49,036 nt of DNA from Girardia tigrina (lineage: Eukaryota). Positions 1-13,200 of the stretch are shown piece after piece. The position numbers and the translations under genes are program-made. Each line of letters starts with the position of its first letter. Positions within the stretch are counted from its first letter, which is position 1. The stretch is from positions 1 through 49,036 of the forward strand of contig MQRK01221720.1 of NCBI GenBank assembly GCA_001938485.1. The letters run 5' to 3'. Below the pieces are notes generated by a model. It ran no database searches. It was not told the origin of the DNA and saw nothing but the letters and a program-made list of their open reading frames with translations.

Positions 1-129
1 GTTCCTTACGTGGATGATGCACAAGGACCACATTCGGGACGTGTGCCTCTATCCGCGATACACTGGCCGCTGCGAGCCGTGATTGTTGTCTCCGTGTGAT
101 GCGGTTAATAAACTGTTTGAGTTGCTTCA
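1..129 (+). mobile_element. Probable 3' end of an LTR, cut by the window edge
   Basis: GC-richer segment with an AATAAA signal, ending ...GTTGCTTCA before an abrupt switch to AT-rich DNA. No partner or TSD is visible. Confidence 0.3.
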
Positions 130-689
130 TGTTTCACTGTTTTATTTTCGATAACTGTTTATATTATTTGCTTCTATCAATGATTTATTGATGAATTTTA
201 TGGACACAGTAACGCATTCGGATATGTCTATTATTGATATTTGAAAGGTGTTTTGTTGTGATTATTGTGTAGAAATTATGCAGTCTCAGTTGTAAAAAGA
301 GCTTCTTTGAAGTCCATTTTCCTGATTAATTTTTTATTAAAAGTGATAATCGATGAGCTTCATTTATTTTGTTTTCGTTTCGTGCGTTAATTGAAACAAT
401 TTTGATGAAATTTTATTAAAAATTTGAATGAAAAAGAAAAAAAGCAACCAAAAATTGACTATTGATCTATTAAATTTGAAAATTTTACCTTTTTAATTAT
501 CATTAATAATTTAGAAGTTTTGATAATTTTTCGCTAATGTTAACCTAATTTATTTAAGAACGATAAATAATAAATTATTATTAATAATAAAACGGTAAAG
601 TAACCTCAATTTTTATTAAAACCTTTAACAAAGACAAGTGAACAGTTTGTAACATAAGAGTTGTATTGTGTGCCAGCATAATAATCAAG

Positions 690-1098
690 AAAATTTCGAT
701 TATATTTCAGAAGTGAATTGAGCATCGAGAAACTTTGCTATCCTGCGGAGGATGTTAGTGGACAATTAAACAACCTTCCATACACCAATGGTGTTACAAA
801 ATTTTTTTATTTCTCTGATTGCTTGAATGTCATTCGGTCTGATTCTAGCATAGATATATTGTCCAACAGTGCATGAATCACCCTTGAAATCAATACTAAC
901 GATTTTATCAAGTGGCTATGCAATTGAAAAATGCTCTCCTTGCATTTTGATTGCCAAAGTTGCCAGAGACTTGTACTCAGAAGATATTGTCTCTATCAAT
1001 AGCAAATTGGGTGATTTAAGTGTATTTTTTGGATTGCTAACAAGAACTTCATTATTGATGATTTCAAAATTTCTTTGACAGTTGGCAAATTTTCGGCA
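690..1098 (-). pseudogene. hAT-superfamily (CGGBP1/DUF659-like) transposase remnant, C-terminal part
   Basis: Minus strand reads ENLPTVKEIL... and ...LFNCPLTSSAG*QSFSMLNSLLKYNRNF, resembling the hAT dimerisation motif P(I)TS..ERSFS..K..L...R. It joins in frame to 2165-2440 once the solo LTR is removed. Confidence 0.65.
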
Positions 1099-2164
1099 TG
1101 TTCCGCCCGACCCTCAGCTTGCCTCGAGAATCGGATGGAGTGAGCAGGGTTGTACAGTGATTTATTTAGATTTTGCTGGGCCCATTTATTGAGAAATGAA
1201 TGAAGAGAAACACTGTATCCGGAATAATCGTAGCAGATGTTCACATCGAACCGAAACGACGATCGCTGTGATGCGCTCGTTATCTCAAATATTCGATTTG
1301 TTTCTCACAAAAATAGACAAAAACAAAAAATTCCAAATCGATTCAATCGATAAATCAATCGACTATAAAGACGCACACAAATCGCACAGAAAATGGAGAA
1401 ATTCGTAATAAAAAAGAACGAGTTCGAGATCGACATTCAATTGTTTTTCGGCGATCCGAGACCCAATCTCTGTGCCCTTTCCTCTGTAGTGAACATGACT
1501 TTCTGTCGACAGTCAGTTGGCTATCATTGTTGTGGAACACAAACAACTGCCGAAAATGCGCCACGTTGAGTAAATATCGCAATTTTTTTGTATTGATCAT
1601 TTTTAAATACAGATTTTAACTCATCGATTTTCACTTTCAAAGAATGTTGGATTCTATTCTCAATCCACGATATTCGATAGTCGTTATTCATCATAAAATT
1701 TAATGAAATCAAATCGCTGTGATTCGCTCGTTATCTCAAATATTCGATTTGTTTCTCACAAAAATAGACAAAAACAAAAAATTCCAAATCGATTCAATCG
1801 ATAAATCATTCGACTATAAAGACGCACACAAATCGCACAGAAAATGGAGAAATTCGTAATAAAAAAGAACGCGATTCGTAAATGATATTTATTATTATTC
1901 AGCAATACAAAATTGTTTTATTTACACTTTATCACATTGGCACTGAAAACTCTGATTTATTTATTCCATTTAAACAAATCACAAAAAAATCAACAATCCA
2001 ATTCAACTTCTCACTCGATCAATTAAAAAAACAATCAATTTCAATTTCAACCAATTAATTAACATAATTCGATTTGATTAAAAAACAATTTCAATAATAA
2101 AAATAATGATAATAATTTAATTTAATTTAAAAATATAATAATTCAAATATTCTAATCCCGAACA
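1099..2164. mobile_element. Solo LTR (1066 bp, BEL/Pao-like termini) inserted in the hAT transposase
   Basis: Starts TGTTC and ends GAACA, flanked by a 5-bp TSD CGGCA (1094-1098, 2165-2169). Removal restores the reading WGSSLYYA|ENLPTVKEIL. Confidence 0.85.
1262..1871 (+). repeat. 159-bp direct repeat pair inside the solo LTR (1262-1420 and 1713-1871)
   Basis: Near-identical copies, ATCGCTGTGAT...AAAAAGAACG. Confidence 0.9.
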
Positions 2165-2440
2165 CGGCATAATATAATGATGAGCCCCAGCAGATCAGAA
2201 TCGGTGCTGGTGGAACTCCTATTTATAAAAAAGGTTTTTTTGCTTGCGATTTTTGACTGAAGAAATCAAATCGACAACATCTTTAAACTTATTGCGAACT
2301 ATTTCGGCAACATTGTGCATAAGGTCTGAAACACATGTGACATGGAAAAGCTTTGGATATAATATTTTTGATGAATTTCCAACAGAGACTATATATCTTG
2401 CATCATTTATAAGCAAAAGACAAACTTTTCTCTACCAATA
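2165..2440 (-). pseudogene. hAT (CGGBP1/DUF659-like) transposase remnant, central part
   Basis: LLINDARYIVSVG...LYPKLFHVTCVSDLMHNVAEIVR..F.DV..LISSVK, then PPAPILICWGS. This matches the D-A..YM / H.TC.AH..H.VAE / P..TRWG pattern of this family. Confidence 0.75.
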
Positions 2441-3454
2441 GCTGATAGGAGAACGTGCACAGCATGATTGCGGTACCCTGTAGTCGTGAGGCGGATGTGG
2501 GGTCGGGGGAAACGTTTAATTTTATTTTACTTACAAGAATCATTTCCTTTAGCAATCCCTTCGCTCTCTCCTCATCAGTGCCATAATTATCCGATTTCAC
2601 AAGCAAAGAATCATCGATATTAAATCTGTCAACTAATTCTTTTCGGTTGGACACTGGTATATGCTCATCGAATCGTAAATTCACAAACCGACTGAACACC
2701 AACACCTCACGACCCGCAAACAACTCTCACATGTTACGTGGATTTGGAAATCATTCATTGCAGATAAATTGTCAAAAATAGAATCCGAATTTTCTGCTGC
2801 ATGACTTTTGTAATAATGATTTCTCAGCAAACAAGGATGATTGCAAAGTTGACAAAATTCCCTAATTTTTTTGACAATTTGATACTTGTCGTTTAGCTGA
2901 AGAGTTGTCACGCAGTTTAGCTAAAATTTTGTCATACAACTTTTGCAGAGTAGCTGTTAAAATTAAAAAAACACATTTCCCTATATTGTGACTTTTAATC
3001 AAAACAAAAACAAAAGAATTTCTCGCTAAAATTTTATTATTAATTCAATCAAACAAAAAATTACAATTATAAATTCGACCAAATTAATACACAAATTCTA
3101 AATGATCAAAAAAATATTTAAACCCTTTAAAATCTTTTCAAGAAAATTCAATTCCCAAAAAAATTGTTTAGTTCTTACGACAAAAATTGACCAAATTAGT
3201 TCGATTAAAAAAATCAAATTTCGTCTTAAACCAAAAGATTCGTTTAAATTCAAACTTTAATTTTTTTTAAATTCGTCAAACACTAGCAATGTGTTTGATA
3301 ATTCAGTCCATTTCAGTGGAAAAATTAGCAGCGGTCAGAAATTTTATGGAAAACAGTTAACCGTATAAAACAAGTTTGCTCAGGATTTTTAATCAATCCA
3401 ACAAGAGTGTGACCAATATCAATTTTTGTAAAAAAATACTGTTTAGAGCAGGGA

Positions 3455-5260
3455 TGGCAAATTGCCTGAAACCAAATTGCCAGTCGTCCAGTATCCTTTC
3501 GAGATGTGGCAGTAATCTATTTGCAATGATTCGGGCCATGATCTTTCCTCCTACATCAAGTAGGAATATGCCTCTATAATTATTCAATTCCTTCTTGGAA
3601 CCCTTTCCTTTGTATAGGATCACAACTTTCACCGTTTTCCAAGCCTCCGGGAATTCTGCTCTTTCCTAACAATTGTCCACGAAACATTTCTGTATCTTCT
3701 CAGTCAACTGGAGACCGCCCCATTTATATAGCTCTGGAATGATACCCTTGTTTCCAGGAGCTTTATCGTTCTTTAGTTATCCAATAGCGGTACCTACTTC
3801 TTCTACGTCCGGTGAGTGGTCTATTTCGAGTGCTTGGTTCTGTTCGATTTCCACGAGATAGTCTCTTTCGCTTTTTCTGAATAGATGTGAGAAGTTCTCT
3901 GCTAACACTTCGTCCTTCACACTGCTTTGTACAGTACAGAGAGAGAATTCCTTCGTTTCACTATTGCAGAGGACTCTGAGCTCCTTGTATAACTCAGAAG
4001 TCTTGCCATAAATTCTCTGTTGAGAATTCCTTCTATTTCTTGCCCAATTCCCTCAATCCTCTCTCTTTTCCATTTCCTGAGATGCCGCAAGGTGTTCAGT
4101 CTTGCAGTCTTCCACGTAGAATATGTTCTTTCACATATATTCCGAATGTATTCTTTCCTTCGCTTCCATTTCTCCTGCCGTAGCAGTTTCAGCTCTTCTA
4201 GGTGTCCGTGTAGCCACCTCTGATTGAGTGGGACTTTTTTCTTTCTATATCTTTTTGAGGTCTTCAAAATGACCTTCTCCACATCATCCCAGCTCTCGAC
4301 ATTCGGACAAGCATGTCCTGTGTCACTACTGATGGCCACTTTGTTGTTCTGCAAAGAGAATCTATCAATTTTTCCTTTTCTTTTCTTTCTTCTATCATTC
4401 GCCAACTTGGCTACCTTATTGTTATTGGTGATCCATATCGTTAACTCGACTAAGTCGTGGTCAGAGCCGCAGTCAAAATTCGGGTAGCTTTTGACATTGC
4501 TTATCCTGTTGCACCTGCTCTTTTGCGACAGGAATAAGTCCAGTAGTAGTCTTTTTCTCGTTGCAGCGTGTGTCCAGCTAGTTCTCTGCGCCATCTTATG
4601 TTTGTAGAAGGTGTTCTCTACTCGTAAGTTGCACGCGTCAGCAAGATCTATTAAAAGATCTCCGTTTTCTGATGTTACTGTTGAACTAGTGTAACACCCG
4701 ACAGTCTTTCCGTTTTCCTCCGTCCGATTAAGTCGACAGTTGAAGTCGCCTCCAAGTATCAGTTCGTGTTTCCACTTTTCAGCCTCAGTCGTCGCCCTTT
4801 CGACATGTTCTTACAGTAATACGAAGAACTCTTCCTTTTCCTCACTTGAGTGTCCACTGTCAGTCGGAACGTATACATCCACCACTGTGATCGACCTTTG
4901 GGGTATATGACAGAGAAACACTCTCTCACTGATCTCTTCGAATTCGATGTTAATTGAATCCCCAGATTTTACCATCATGGCTACGCCGTTTTCCCTTATG
5001 CTACTCGTGCTGCCACTATGATGGATCCTCCAATCCCCGAAAGAGGCAATTTCGGTTCCGATCCAGTGCGTCTCTGTGAGTATACACATATCAATTTTCA
5101 GTTTTTCGAAAATACTGACGATGTTTAGTATCTTTTCATCGGTTAAGCCTCAAACATTCCAAATTCCAACCCTCAGTCCACTGCAAGTGGAATCCTTAAC
5201 AAGGGATCCTCCTCTCGGGAGCTTAATGACTTCGGGTCCTTCCAGACCCCTTAGTAAATG
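3455..5260 (-). mobile_element. Degenerate RTE-like non-LTR retrotransposon (APE endonuclease plus N-terminal RT), 3'-truncated
   Basis: APE motifs GIWNV*GL, LTETHW, GVAMMV, VYVPT...EEKEEF, GDFN and SDHDLV. RT motifs KAPG, ILYKGKG...NYRGIFLL...KI.ARII.NRL and QFGFR, after which similarity stops. Multiple stops and frameshifts. Confidence 0.88.
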
Positions 5261-6813
5261 ATTTAGTAAACAGTTTGTCACTTTATTTGGACATGAGTTA
5301 CATAAAAACATAACCCACTTCCTTTAGTGCATTTTATTTTTTCCTGTTCTGTAGGTTTATTAGTACAAAAGTACAATAACCTTCTTAACAGGAGACTCGC
5401 AACAACTTAAAATCGTGATTTAATGTTTAATTGTTCATTTAAACAATTTTTTTCTATTATTTTGAAATAATTTAATTTGAATAATTAAATTTTACAAAAA
5501 TTATACATCTGTTTATTTTTAAAAATAGTTTAGTTTTTTCTCTCAATTGACTTTATCAAAATGAAAATAAATTTTAAATTAATTTATTAAAAACGATTAG
5601 CAGAAAATGTGTCATTTATTTTGAAAATTAAAATATTATATGTGATATTACATCTTACCATCAAGTATATATAATATTTTAAATAAGCATTATTACTAAG
5701 TAAATTATTAATAGTAATTCAAAAAATTGGTATATCCATTCTTTATGCCGACAGAATTCTACTTGACCAACAGAATTTTAGTTATCTTTTGTAAAACAGA
5801 AAATTATTATTACATTTTTAATAAATTTATTATGTTATTAGTAACTATTTCAATATTTTGCTGAAGGGAATATTTCATACAAAAACATTTTACGATTCTA
5901 TTTTACAATTAAAATGTTACTAATAACATAATAAATTTATTATAAAGCTTAGAAGGGATAAACCAGTAGAGAGAAACATACTGACGGTGATTGTGTTTAT
6001 GACACCTTCAGCAATAAAAAAATATGTAGAGACGGATGGTAAAAATTATAAAGAAAACTGAAGGCCGTATTTACCAAAGAAAAATTCTTAAATGGAAAAT
6101 CACATTAATTGAATGTGATAGATATGTAAAAACTATATGATTATTGCGACTATATCATTATTCTTGTATTAACTGTTCGAACTTAATTGTTTTTTAGGAA
6201 TTCCCAGTAAACATTTTAAGCTAAAAAAATTTGTCATTCATGGAAATATTGAAACGAATGGGCTTCGAAGAAAATAAAGCATAGTCGCTTTGTTTGTCTA
6301 TGAAATTAGAGATTGTTTAAACGTTTAATTTGCTAAACGAAGACCGTTTAAACGTTTAGATAACTTTAAAACGTACCCATGTATAGTTGTTACTGCAAAA
6401 ATAAAAAGTCAATAACTCATAAAAAAACCTTTATTCAAATATTTATGTATCTCCTCGAACTGTCAATTAAAACAAATGAATTTAATTTCTTCACTTTATC
6501 ACACAAATTTTTTATTGAAGGATTAATTAAATGTAAAAAACTGCAGCAGCATTCCTCCACGTTAAGAGTCTTCCTCCAATGACTAGGTATACATCAGTCG
6601 GCTGTATTTAACTTACATCCTATATTCTATGACAATAGTTCTATTTATATTATTTAGAACAGCCCAACGACATTGAATGACAAGTAAGAACAGATTTGAA
6701 TGACAATATAATAAAACGTGTCACGTTTGCTGAACTCTGTACGTTGAAGTATGTGCCATGACTGTATATATGTCTTCAATATTTATGATTATAATTAAGA
6801 AAATACAGTATTT

Positions 6814-7811
6814 ATGAATTCATTACCGTCAGAGATCGAATTTATTCAGGTAAATTAATGCTTATTTTAAAATATTCAAGTAGAAATCATTCACGATCAG
6901 CCTATATTTGTGGATATCAATGGTATTGGTCGAGGAAAGGTTTATCCGATCGATAAGTTACAATCTCTCTTCAAGAATCAAGAAGAAATCGTCAATGTGA
7001 TCGGGATCATTGGAACGCAACATGAGCTTCCCTGTTCTCTAACTGAACTGTCCGGTATGATTCCTTCATTTCTTCCCAACATTTGAGACTTCGTTTAGAT
7101 GAGCATTATAAAAACAAAATCATTGTTCCCGATCAGTCGACCTTAGTAGTCGCTCCATGGAGTGATGATTCTTCTCTCGCGTTTGTTTTCTTTGATATTT
7201 ATCAAAGCAACAGTACACCATTCCCTTGTAATCCTCGTCTTTTAGCTAAAAATAAGATCAAGGTTATATTTTGAAAATTTATTTTTAAAACTGTTTTTGA
7301 TATCCCTTTAGGAACTCGAAGATATGGGACATAAGTTTGTTATGGGAATCGAGAATGAGTTTCGATTGTTTGACAAGATCACCAAACAGCCCTTCCAGGA
7401 TAAGATCAAACCAATGGTACAATTTTCACAAGCAACTCATCTTCTTCCTTACATGAGAAAACTGAAAAGGGATATTAAAAGATATGGTTAGATCTGTTAT
7501 ACTGAAGAATTCTTTGAAGAAATACAACAGGTATTGAGATGGAGTATTGGAATTTCGAATATGGTAGTGGTCAAGTAGAAGTTCCATTGAGAAAATACAG
7601 TGGGATAGAAGCGGTGGATAATGAATGGATGTTCCGAGAAATGGCGAAATATATTGCCGACAGCATGGGTCTTGTTGCCAGCAATATGACGTTTCCATTA
7701 GCGACGGAATCGGCTAACGGAATGCACATAAATCATTCTTTATGGAAGGAAACTGAATCTGGATTGGTAAATGAGATGTGGAAGGATTTTGGACAAGCAG
7801 ATTTATCTGAC
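6814..7811 (+). CDS. Glutamine synthetase type I-family (GSI/lengsin-like) protein, exons 1-5
   Basis: Exons 6814-6849, 6901-7054, 7099-7262, 7312-7486 and 7531-7811 with GT-AG introns of 51, 44, 49 and 44 nt, all phase-consistent. Motifs FVDINGIGRGK, PDQSTL..APW, PR, GIENEF.L, EYGSGQVE and GMHINHSLW. Confidence 0.92.
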
Positions 7812-8138
7812 GTAAGCATGTTATTAGTAAAATAAAATAATATTTAAAATACGAATAAATCAATTATCATAAATAAATATAAAAGAAGAATAAAAATAAT
7901 AGGATTTTGGAGAGGGAACATAATTTATTGAATTTTAATATTTATCGAATTTTATTATTTAGAATTTTAAATTTTAGATATATTTCATACATTAAAACCG
8001 TGATTATCCAACCACGCGAAGGCACATTAACTGTTCTGCGATAGAATGAAATATAGAATTGAAAATTGTCACAAAAAGAAAATCAGTACAATGCAAAATA
8101 ATGGTAATGTAATCAGTAAATGAAAATTATGTAATTTG

Positions 8139-8140
<2 letters not shown>

Positions 8141-8175
<35 letters not shown>
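8141..8175. repeat. (AT)n microsatellite
   Basis: Pure AT dinucleotide run. Confidence 0.95.
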
Positions 8176-8176
<1 letters not shown>

Positions 8177-8439
8177 TAGATATACTAGATATATATACTA
8201 ATAAATATATACTAGACCAAGTGGTGCAGTTAGTCATACAAAATATTTTATTCATCATTTACTTCACTGTTTTTCAAACTTTATTTTACCACGTCTCCCT
8301 TAAAAAATATTTTATATATGACACCTCCCTTCCATTTTATAAAATAATACAAACAAAAAAATTTTTATTGCAAAAACATTTATTAATACAAATTATGGAA
8401 AACAAAAAAAGAGATTAACAATATTTGATTATTGTCTTA

Positions 8440-8989
8440 TTACTGAGATGGATGTGCTTGTCTATTCACGCAAAGTTTATCAAATCTCTGTGTTTTTGAC
8501 GAGAAAGCTACTCGTAGCTCTTTTTATACAATTAAACGAATTAGATATTTTGATTTCTTTGCAGCTAATGCAGAAAATCCTGTTTCACAAGCTTTGCTTG
8601 ACAAAGTATTATATTCTGTCATAAACTTAAATTTTAATTTATAAGAAATTTTTACACACATAAGTTATTTTAAAATTTAAAATAAATCAAAAAAATTAAT
8701 AATTAAATTAATTAAATTAGGATTTTGATACTAATAAGTTTTTCAATTAATAATATTTGATTAATTCTTTATATTTTTCTTTAAAAATTAAACTTCTAAA
8801 TTACCTACTATTTTGACCATTAAGTAATTATGCTATTAAAAATATTTGTTTTATTTCTTCTTCAGAATTTTATTTTTAAAACTTTAACAATCATTTGAAA
8901 AATTGGTCGCTGTGGCTAATTTTCACACATCCACTTAAACTAATCAGCGCCTCCATATGGAGGCGCACCTAACAGTTTGGAAAACTCTG
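8440..8989 (-). mobile_element. hAT Buster/Charlie-type deletion derivative
   Basis: Minus strand reads CETGFSALAAKKSKY...KELRVA...RFDKLC.NRQAHPS, a Buster-type C-terminus. A TIR-like CAGAGTTTTCCAAACT begins at 8989, with a subterminal GCGCCTCCATATGGAGGCGC palindrome. Confidence 0.7.
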
Positions 8990-9169
8990 ATTTACTTGAT
9001 TTAAGTAATAAAAAAATTATGTATTCTTGATTGATATAATGTTCGGATATCTCGGATGTACTTCGTACACATATTCGTACATCTTCGTGCTTTTAGCCAT
9101 TCACTATTTTCCTTTTGGTTGATTTCTAATCAAGATGGTTAATATGAAATGAATAAAATGAGTGAGCTT

Positions 9170-9526
9170 TGGTAATCTAGAATTGGAGATGCGAGTGGCT
9201 CAATCATTAATTCATCCAAATATTGCTGAAATCTGCAAAGATCATCAAGCTCATGTATCGCATTAAATTTAAATTTTTACGTATTGTAAATTTGAATGAT
9301 TTTTAAAGAAAAATGTTTACATTAATCAGGTACTTTATTCTTTTATAAAAGAATATTTTGAAAAGTGTTTTGTTTCTGAACAATAATACTCTTGTTTTTA
9401 TTGTGTTTTAGAATCCGAAAAATTTCGCCACTTATGTTTTAAAGGTAATGTATTATTGTAAGTGTTCCGCAGGAATAAATGTTAAAGTTTAGTGTTCCCT
9501 TGTTTCAAAAAGATTGAGAATCACGG
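9170..9526 (+). mobile_element. Second hAT Buster-type 3' remnant
   Basis: NLELEMRVAQSLIHPNIAEICKDHQAHVSH* followed by a degenerate terminus GTGTTCC...AAAAAGATTGAGAATCACGG. Confidence 0.6.
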
Positions 9527-10101
9527 CATTAAATTATTGCAAAAGAAACTTTAGAGTAAAAAAATATGTTTAATAAATAAAAATATTAGAAAATTTCATG
9601 TTTAAAAAGATTTTAAATCAATATCTAAAAGGAGAATTTTATCATTGAAACATTATTATAAAAATCTAAATTTTATAAGAATATAAAATCATAATGAAAA
9701 GTTTAGTTTAATATTCTTTAAAAATGTTTATCATTTAAAATAGAAACTTTATAATCGAAATAATTCTGATATGAAGATTTTTTAAATGAATTAGAAGGCA
9801 AGAATGTTAATTAAACATTTAAAGAATAAAATTTTAATTAAAGAAATGTTATAAAACTAATTTTGTAAATTCCCAAAAAAAGAAATGATAAATTAAGTAT
9901 TTGTATTTATATTACATTATCTTTATCTATAAACAGTTTGTCCGAGGGAAAAGTTGTTCCTTGAATATATATGTTCGCAAAATATGTTAGTGTTTGTTCG
10001 ACCGATCCTTAGGAGACTGGCAAATAGCAAATCCTCATCAAGAAAGAAGAATGTGAATATCAAAGAATCTCTGGTGATATTGAAAAATCTTTTAATCAGT
10101 T

Positions 10102-10223
10102 TGTAGAGAAATAGCAATCGGATTTAATTACAATTGTTTAATCGAACTAATTAATTGCGGTGAATTTGAGCGGGTAGAATTTTGATTTAAAAATAAAACT
10201 TGGCCATCAGCTTCGACTTATCA
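10102..10223 (+). repeat. 5' LTR
   Basis: TG...CA termini; matches 13888-14009. Confidence 0.9.
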
Positions 10224-13200
10224 AGCTATCGCGGCCATGAACCGGATTAAATTTATGGATGCTGACCGAACGTATGATGGCTGCGGCGATTTCGCGATTT
10301 GGTAACGCAAGTTTGATCTGACATCGACAAAAGTCCGGCGCTACCGATGCTCTTGACCCGGTGCTCATTGGATCTTTTTTCGGGGTTGACGAGCGAGTAC
10401 CAGCGGAACTATGATGCAGTAAAGGCCGCACTGTCAGAAGCACTCTGGTCCGATCCACATGAGGCGTTCGAGCATTTTTATCGCGATCGATTCAACCGGC
10501 CGAATCGATCGAGGAGTATATGTCGTCCCTGCGGCGTCTCGCGACCATCATCTGCATGGGGCAGGAGCCGCAGGAAAATTTTTGCACCAGGCATTTCTGG
10601 CTGGTTTGCAGACAGAAGTGTCGAAACATCTTTTACTCGGAAACAAACCTCTACGAGACCTGATCCCAATATTGCGGTCACTTCTCCGCATCAACACGAG
10701 AATGAAGAAGGCGGTCGAACCACCAAGTGGTGGAGTGATGGCATCAGCTTCGAACGTCAAGTACGGCGCCAATCAGAGACAGTGTTTTAGATGCAACAGG
10801 CGCGGTCATCTGCAAAAGGACTGCAGGGTGTTACTAGAAGTGAAGTAGGGTCCATCACCATTTTCAAAATTCAGAGCGTGCTTCATCGGCAGCGCACTGG
10901 ATCATTTTTGTGTGGCTTGTCCACAACGGAATCGAAAGTCGGGAAAAGATCAACAGGCCCTCTCTTCTGCGCAGGGCAGGTACCTGTGAATGGCGAAGCG
11001 CCATTACCCGTAGTCGTCGTCCGAGTAGGAGGAGAATTGGTGAAAGGACTCGTCGACACGGGGTGTTCCGTAACCATGATGGAACAGCGGTTGGTGCGAC
11101 CGGATCAAATTTCAGGCGTATCCGAAAAACTGCAAACGTTACTCGGTCAAGCAGTAGTGACACACGGGCATGGGTGGAAATTGAAGTGTTCGGCAGCTTT
11201 TAAAGTGCTGAGTTTTGTTGGCTAAAAGTTTGAAGTCGATAGGAGTGGATACAATCGCCTCAATGGGAGGGGTGAATGTGGGTGCCACAGGAAAAGGAAT
11301 CAGATTCGGCGCTGGCACAGTGAATGGACCGTAACAAGCGCAGTGTAAGTCGGGAGGCAGACATAGAGCATCGACCGAGGCCGCTGTTGCAGCGCCAGTG
11401 AAAGACTCGTTGGATCAACCGGGAATTCAGACAAGTGCATTGAAAGGCTCTTCACCAACTCGTATCGTCGATCAGAATTTCACGGCAGTGTTCGATGGAT
11501 AATCTTTGTCCGTTACGTGGCAATGGAAAGATGGGCGAGCGAAAGGATAGATGGTGGAATGTGAAAGACACCGGCAGTCGATACTGCCCCTCATAGAATA
11601 TTTCAAGAAGCAAAAGCGAAGGTTCGACCAGTCCTCGACTTCCGGGAGCTCAACGAGTCAATCTCAATTCATACGGCTGAGAGCCTTGTGTGCGCTGAAA
11701 AGTTGAAGAAATGACGCCAAATTGGATGAAACCTGGTCATTGTGGATTTGCGGCGTGTTTACGACAAATCAAGGTCAATCAATCTTTGTCGGCTTACCAG
11801 GTAGTACAACAACGGAATAGATCTTACTATCTAACCAGGCTCAGGTTCTGGTTCAGTGTAGCCTCAAAAATAATGCAGAAAATTCTATCACACGTATTGG
11901 GGTCGGATCCGGTGGTGCAGGTGAACACAGACACATACTACGATGACATCGCAGTCAATGTCGCCGAAATGCCGGTCAATCGAGTTCTAAAAGTGTTGCT
12001 GTGCTTCGGATTAGAGGCTAAAGATCCAGTTCTCATAGACAGCGGTCGAGTGTTGGGTCTCTCGGTTAAGGTAGACGAAGGCGGGAAATTACGGTGGTAC
12101 CGTGGCGGAGAAGTTCGACCACTGCCAGAGCAAGTCCCTCGCCGCAATTTATTCGCGTGGACCGGTCAATTGGTGAGACATTACCCGGTCTGTAGTTAGT
12201 TACGGCCGGCGTGCAGCACCCTCCAAAGGATGACCAGCGATTGTGGATGGGACACGGTCGTGGAACCTCAAATTGTGGAAATAGCTCGGCAGTTGACACA
12301 CCGGGTCCAAACGTAAGATCCGGCCAAGAGCGAATGGGAGGTACAGCAAATCGAGAGGGGGCGTATGGGGTGCCACGCAAGCTTAATCGCGGTCGGTATA
12401 TGCATTGAAATAGGTGATGTAGTCGTTGAGAATGCGTCAAAAAGACGACACTAACCACATCAATTTAACTGAGTTGTACGCTGCAAACTGCGCACTCAAA
12501 GAGGGAGTCAAATGGGGAATTCGGGAATTGGAATTATTAACCGACTCAGCAACAGTCACTAAATGGCTCTCATCGGCACTTTCGGGACGCGAACCGATTA
12601 GATATCAGGCACTCAGCGAGATTCTAATCAGGCGGCGGGTGCGCCTATTTAAACAAGTCGTCGTGGAAGAGACATTGAAAGTCACCATAATACTGGTCTG
12701 ATTTGAAGAAAACAAAGCGGATGCGCTGAATCGGGTTCCAGCGAGCTGGTGGACGTTCGCGAGAAACCCCGCGGTGGCAGCAGCAGTAACTGTCGGAGAT
12801 CAACGGGAATCAGAGGATGGTCTTAAGCAACTTCACGAGATGCATCATTTCGGTGTGAAAAGATTGATGTTCTTAGCTAGAAAAATATGGGGTCCGGGCA
12901 AGGTGTCAGAAGACCAAATCAGAGCAGTGATTCAGGAGTGCGAGCAATGTGCATCAATCGACCCATCGCCAATTCAGTGGATGAAAGGTGATATCCGGGT
13001 AAGGAAATCATGGACCCGATTTACTGAGGATGTAACACACGTTGTGGCGGTAAAATGTCTGACCATGGTGGACTGCGGCCCCAGGAAATTTATGATATGG
13101 CACCAAATTGCGACGAGAGTGAAGCGGATATCTGTTCCGCAATGAACAGCATCCGGAATAAATTCGGTCCACCAGAGGAAGTAATTATCGATAACTATGC

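Noticed and set aside
6235-6320. EILKRMGF, a possible Tc1/mariner HTH fragment
   Set aside because: Too short and degenerate to support.
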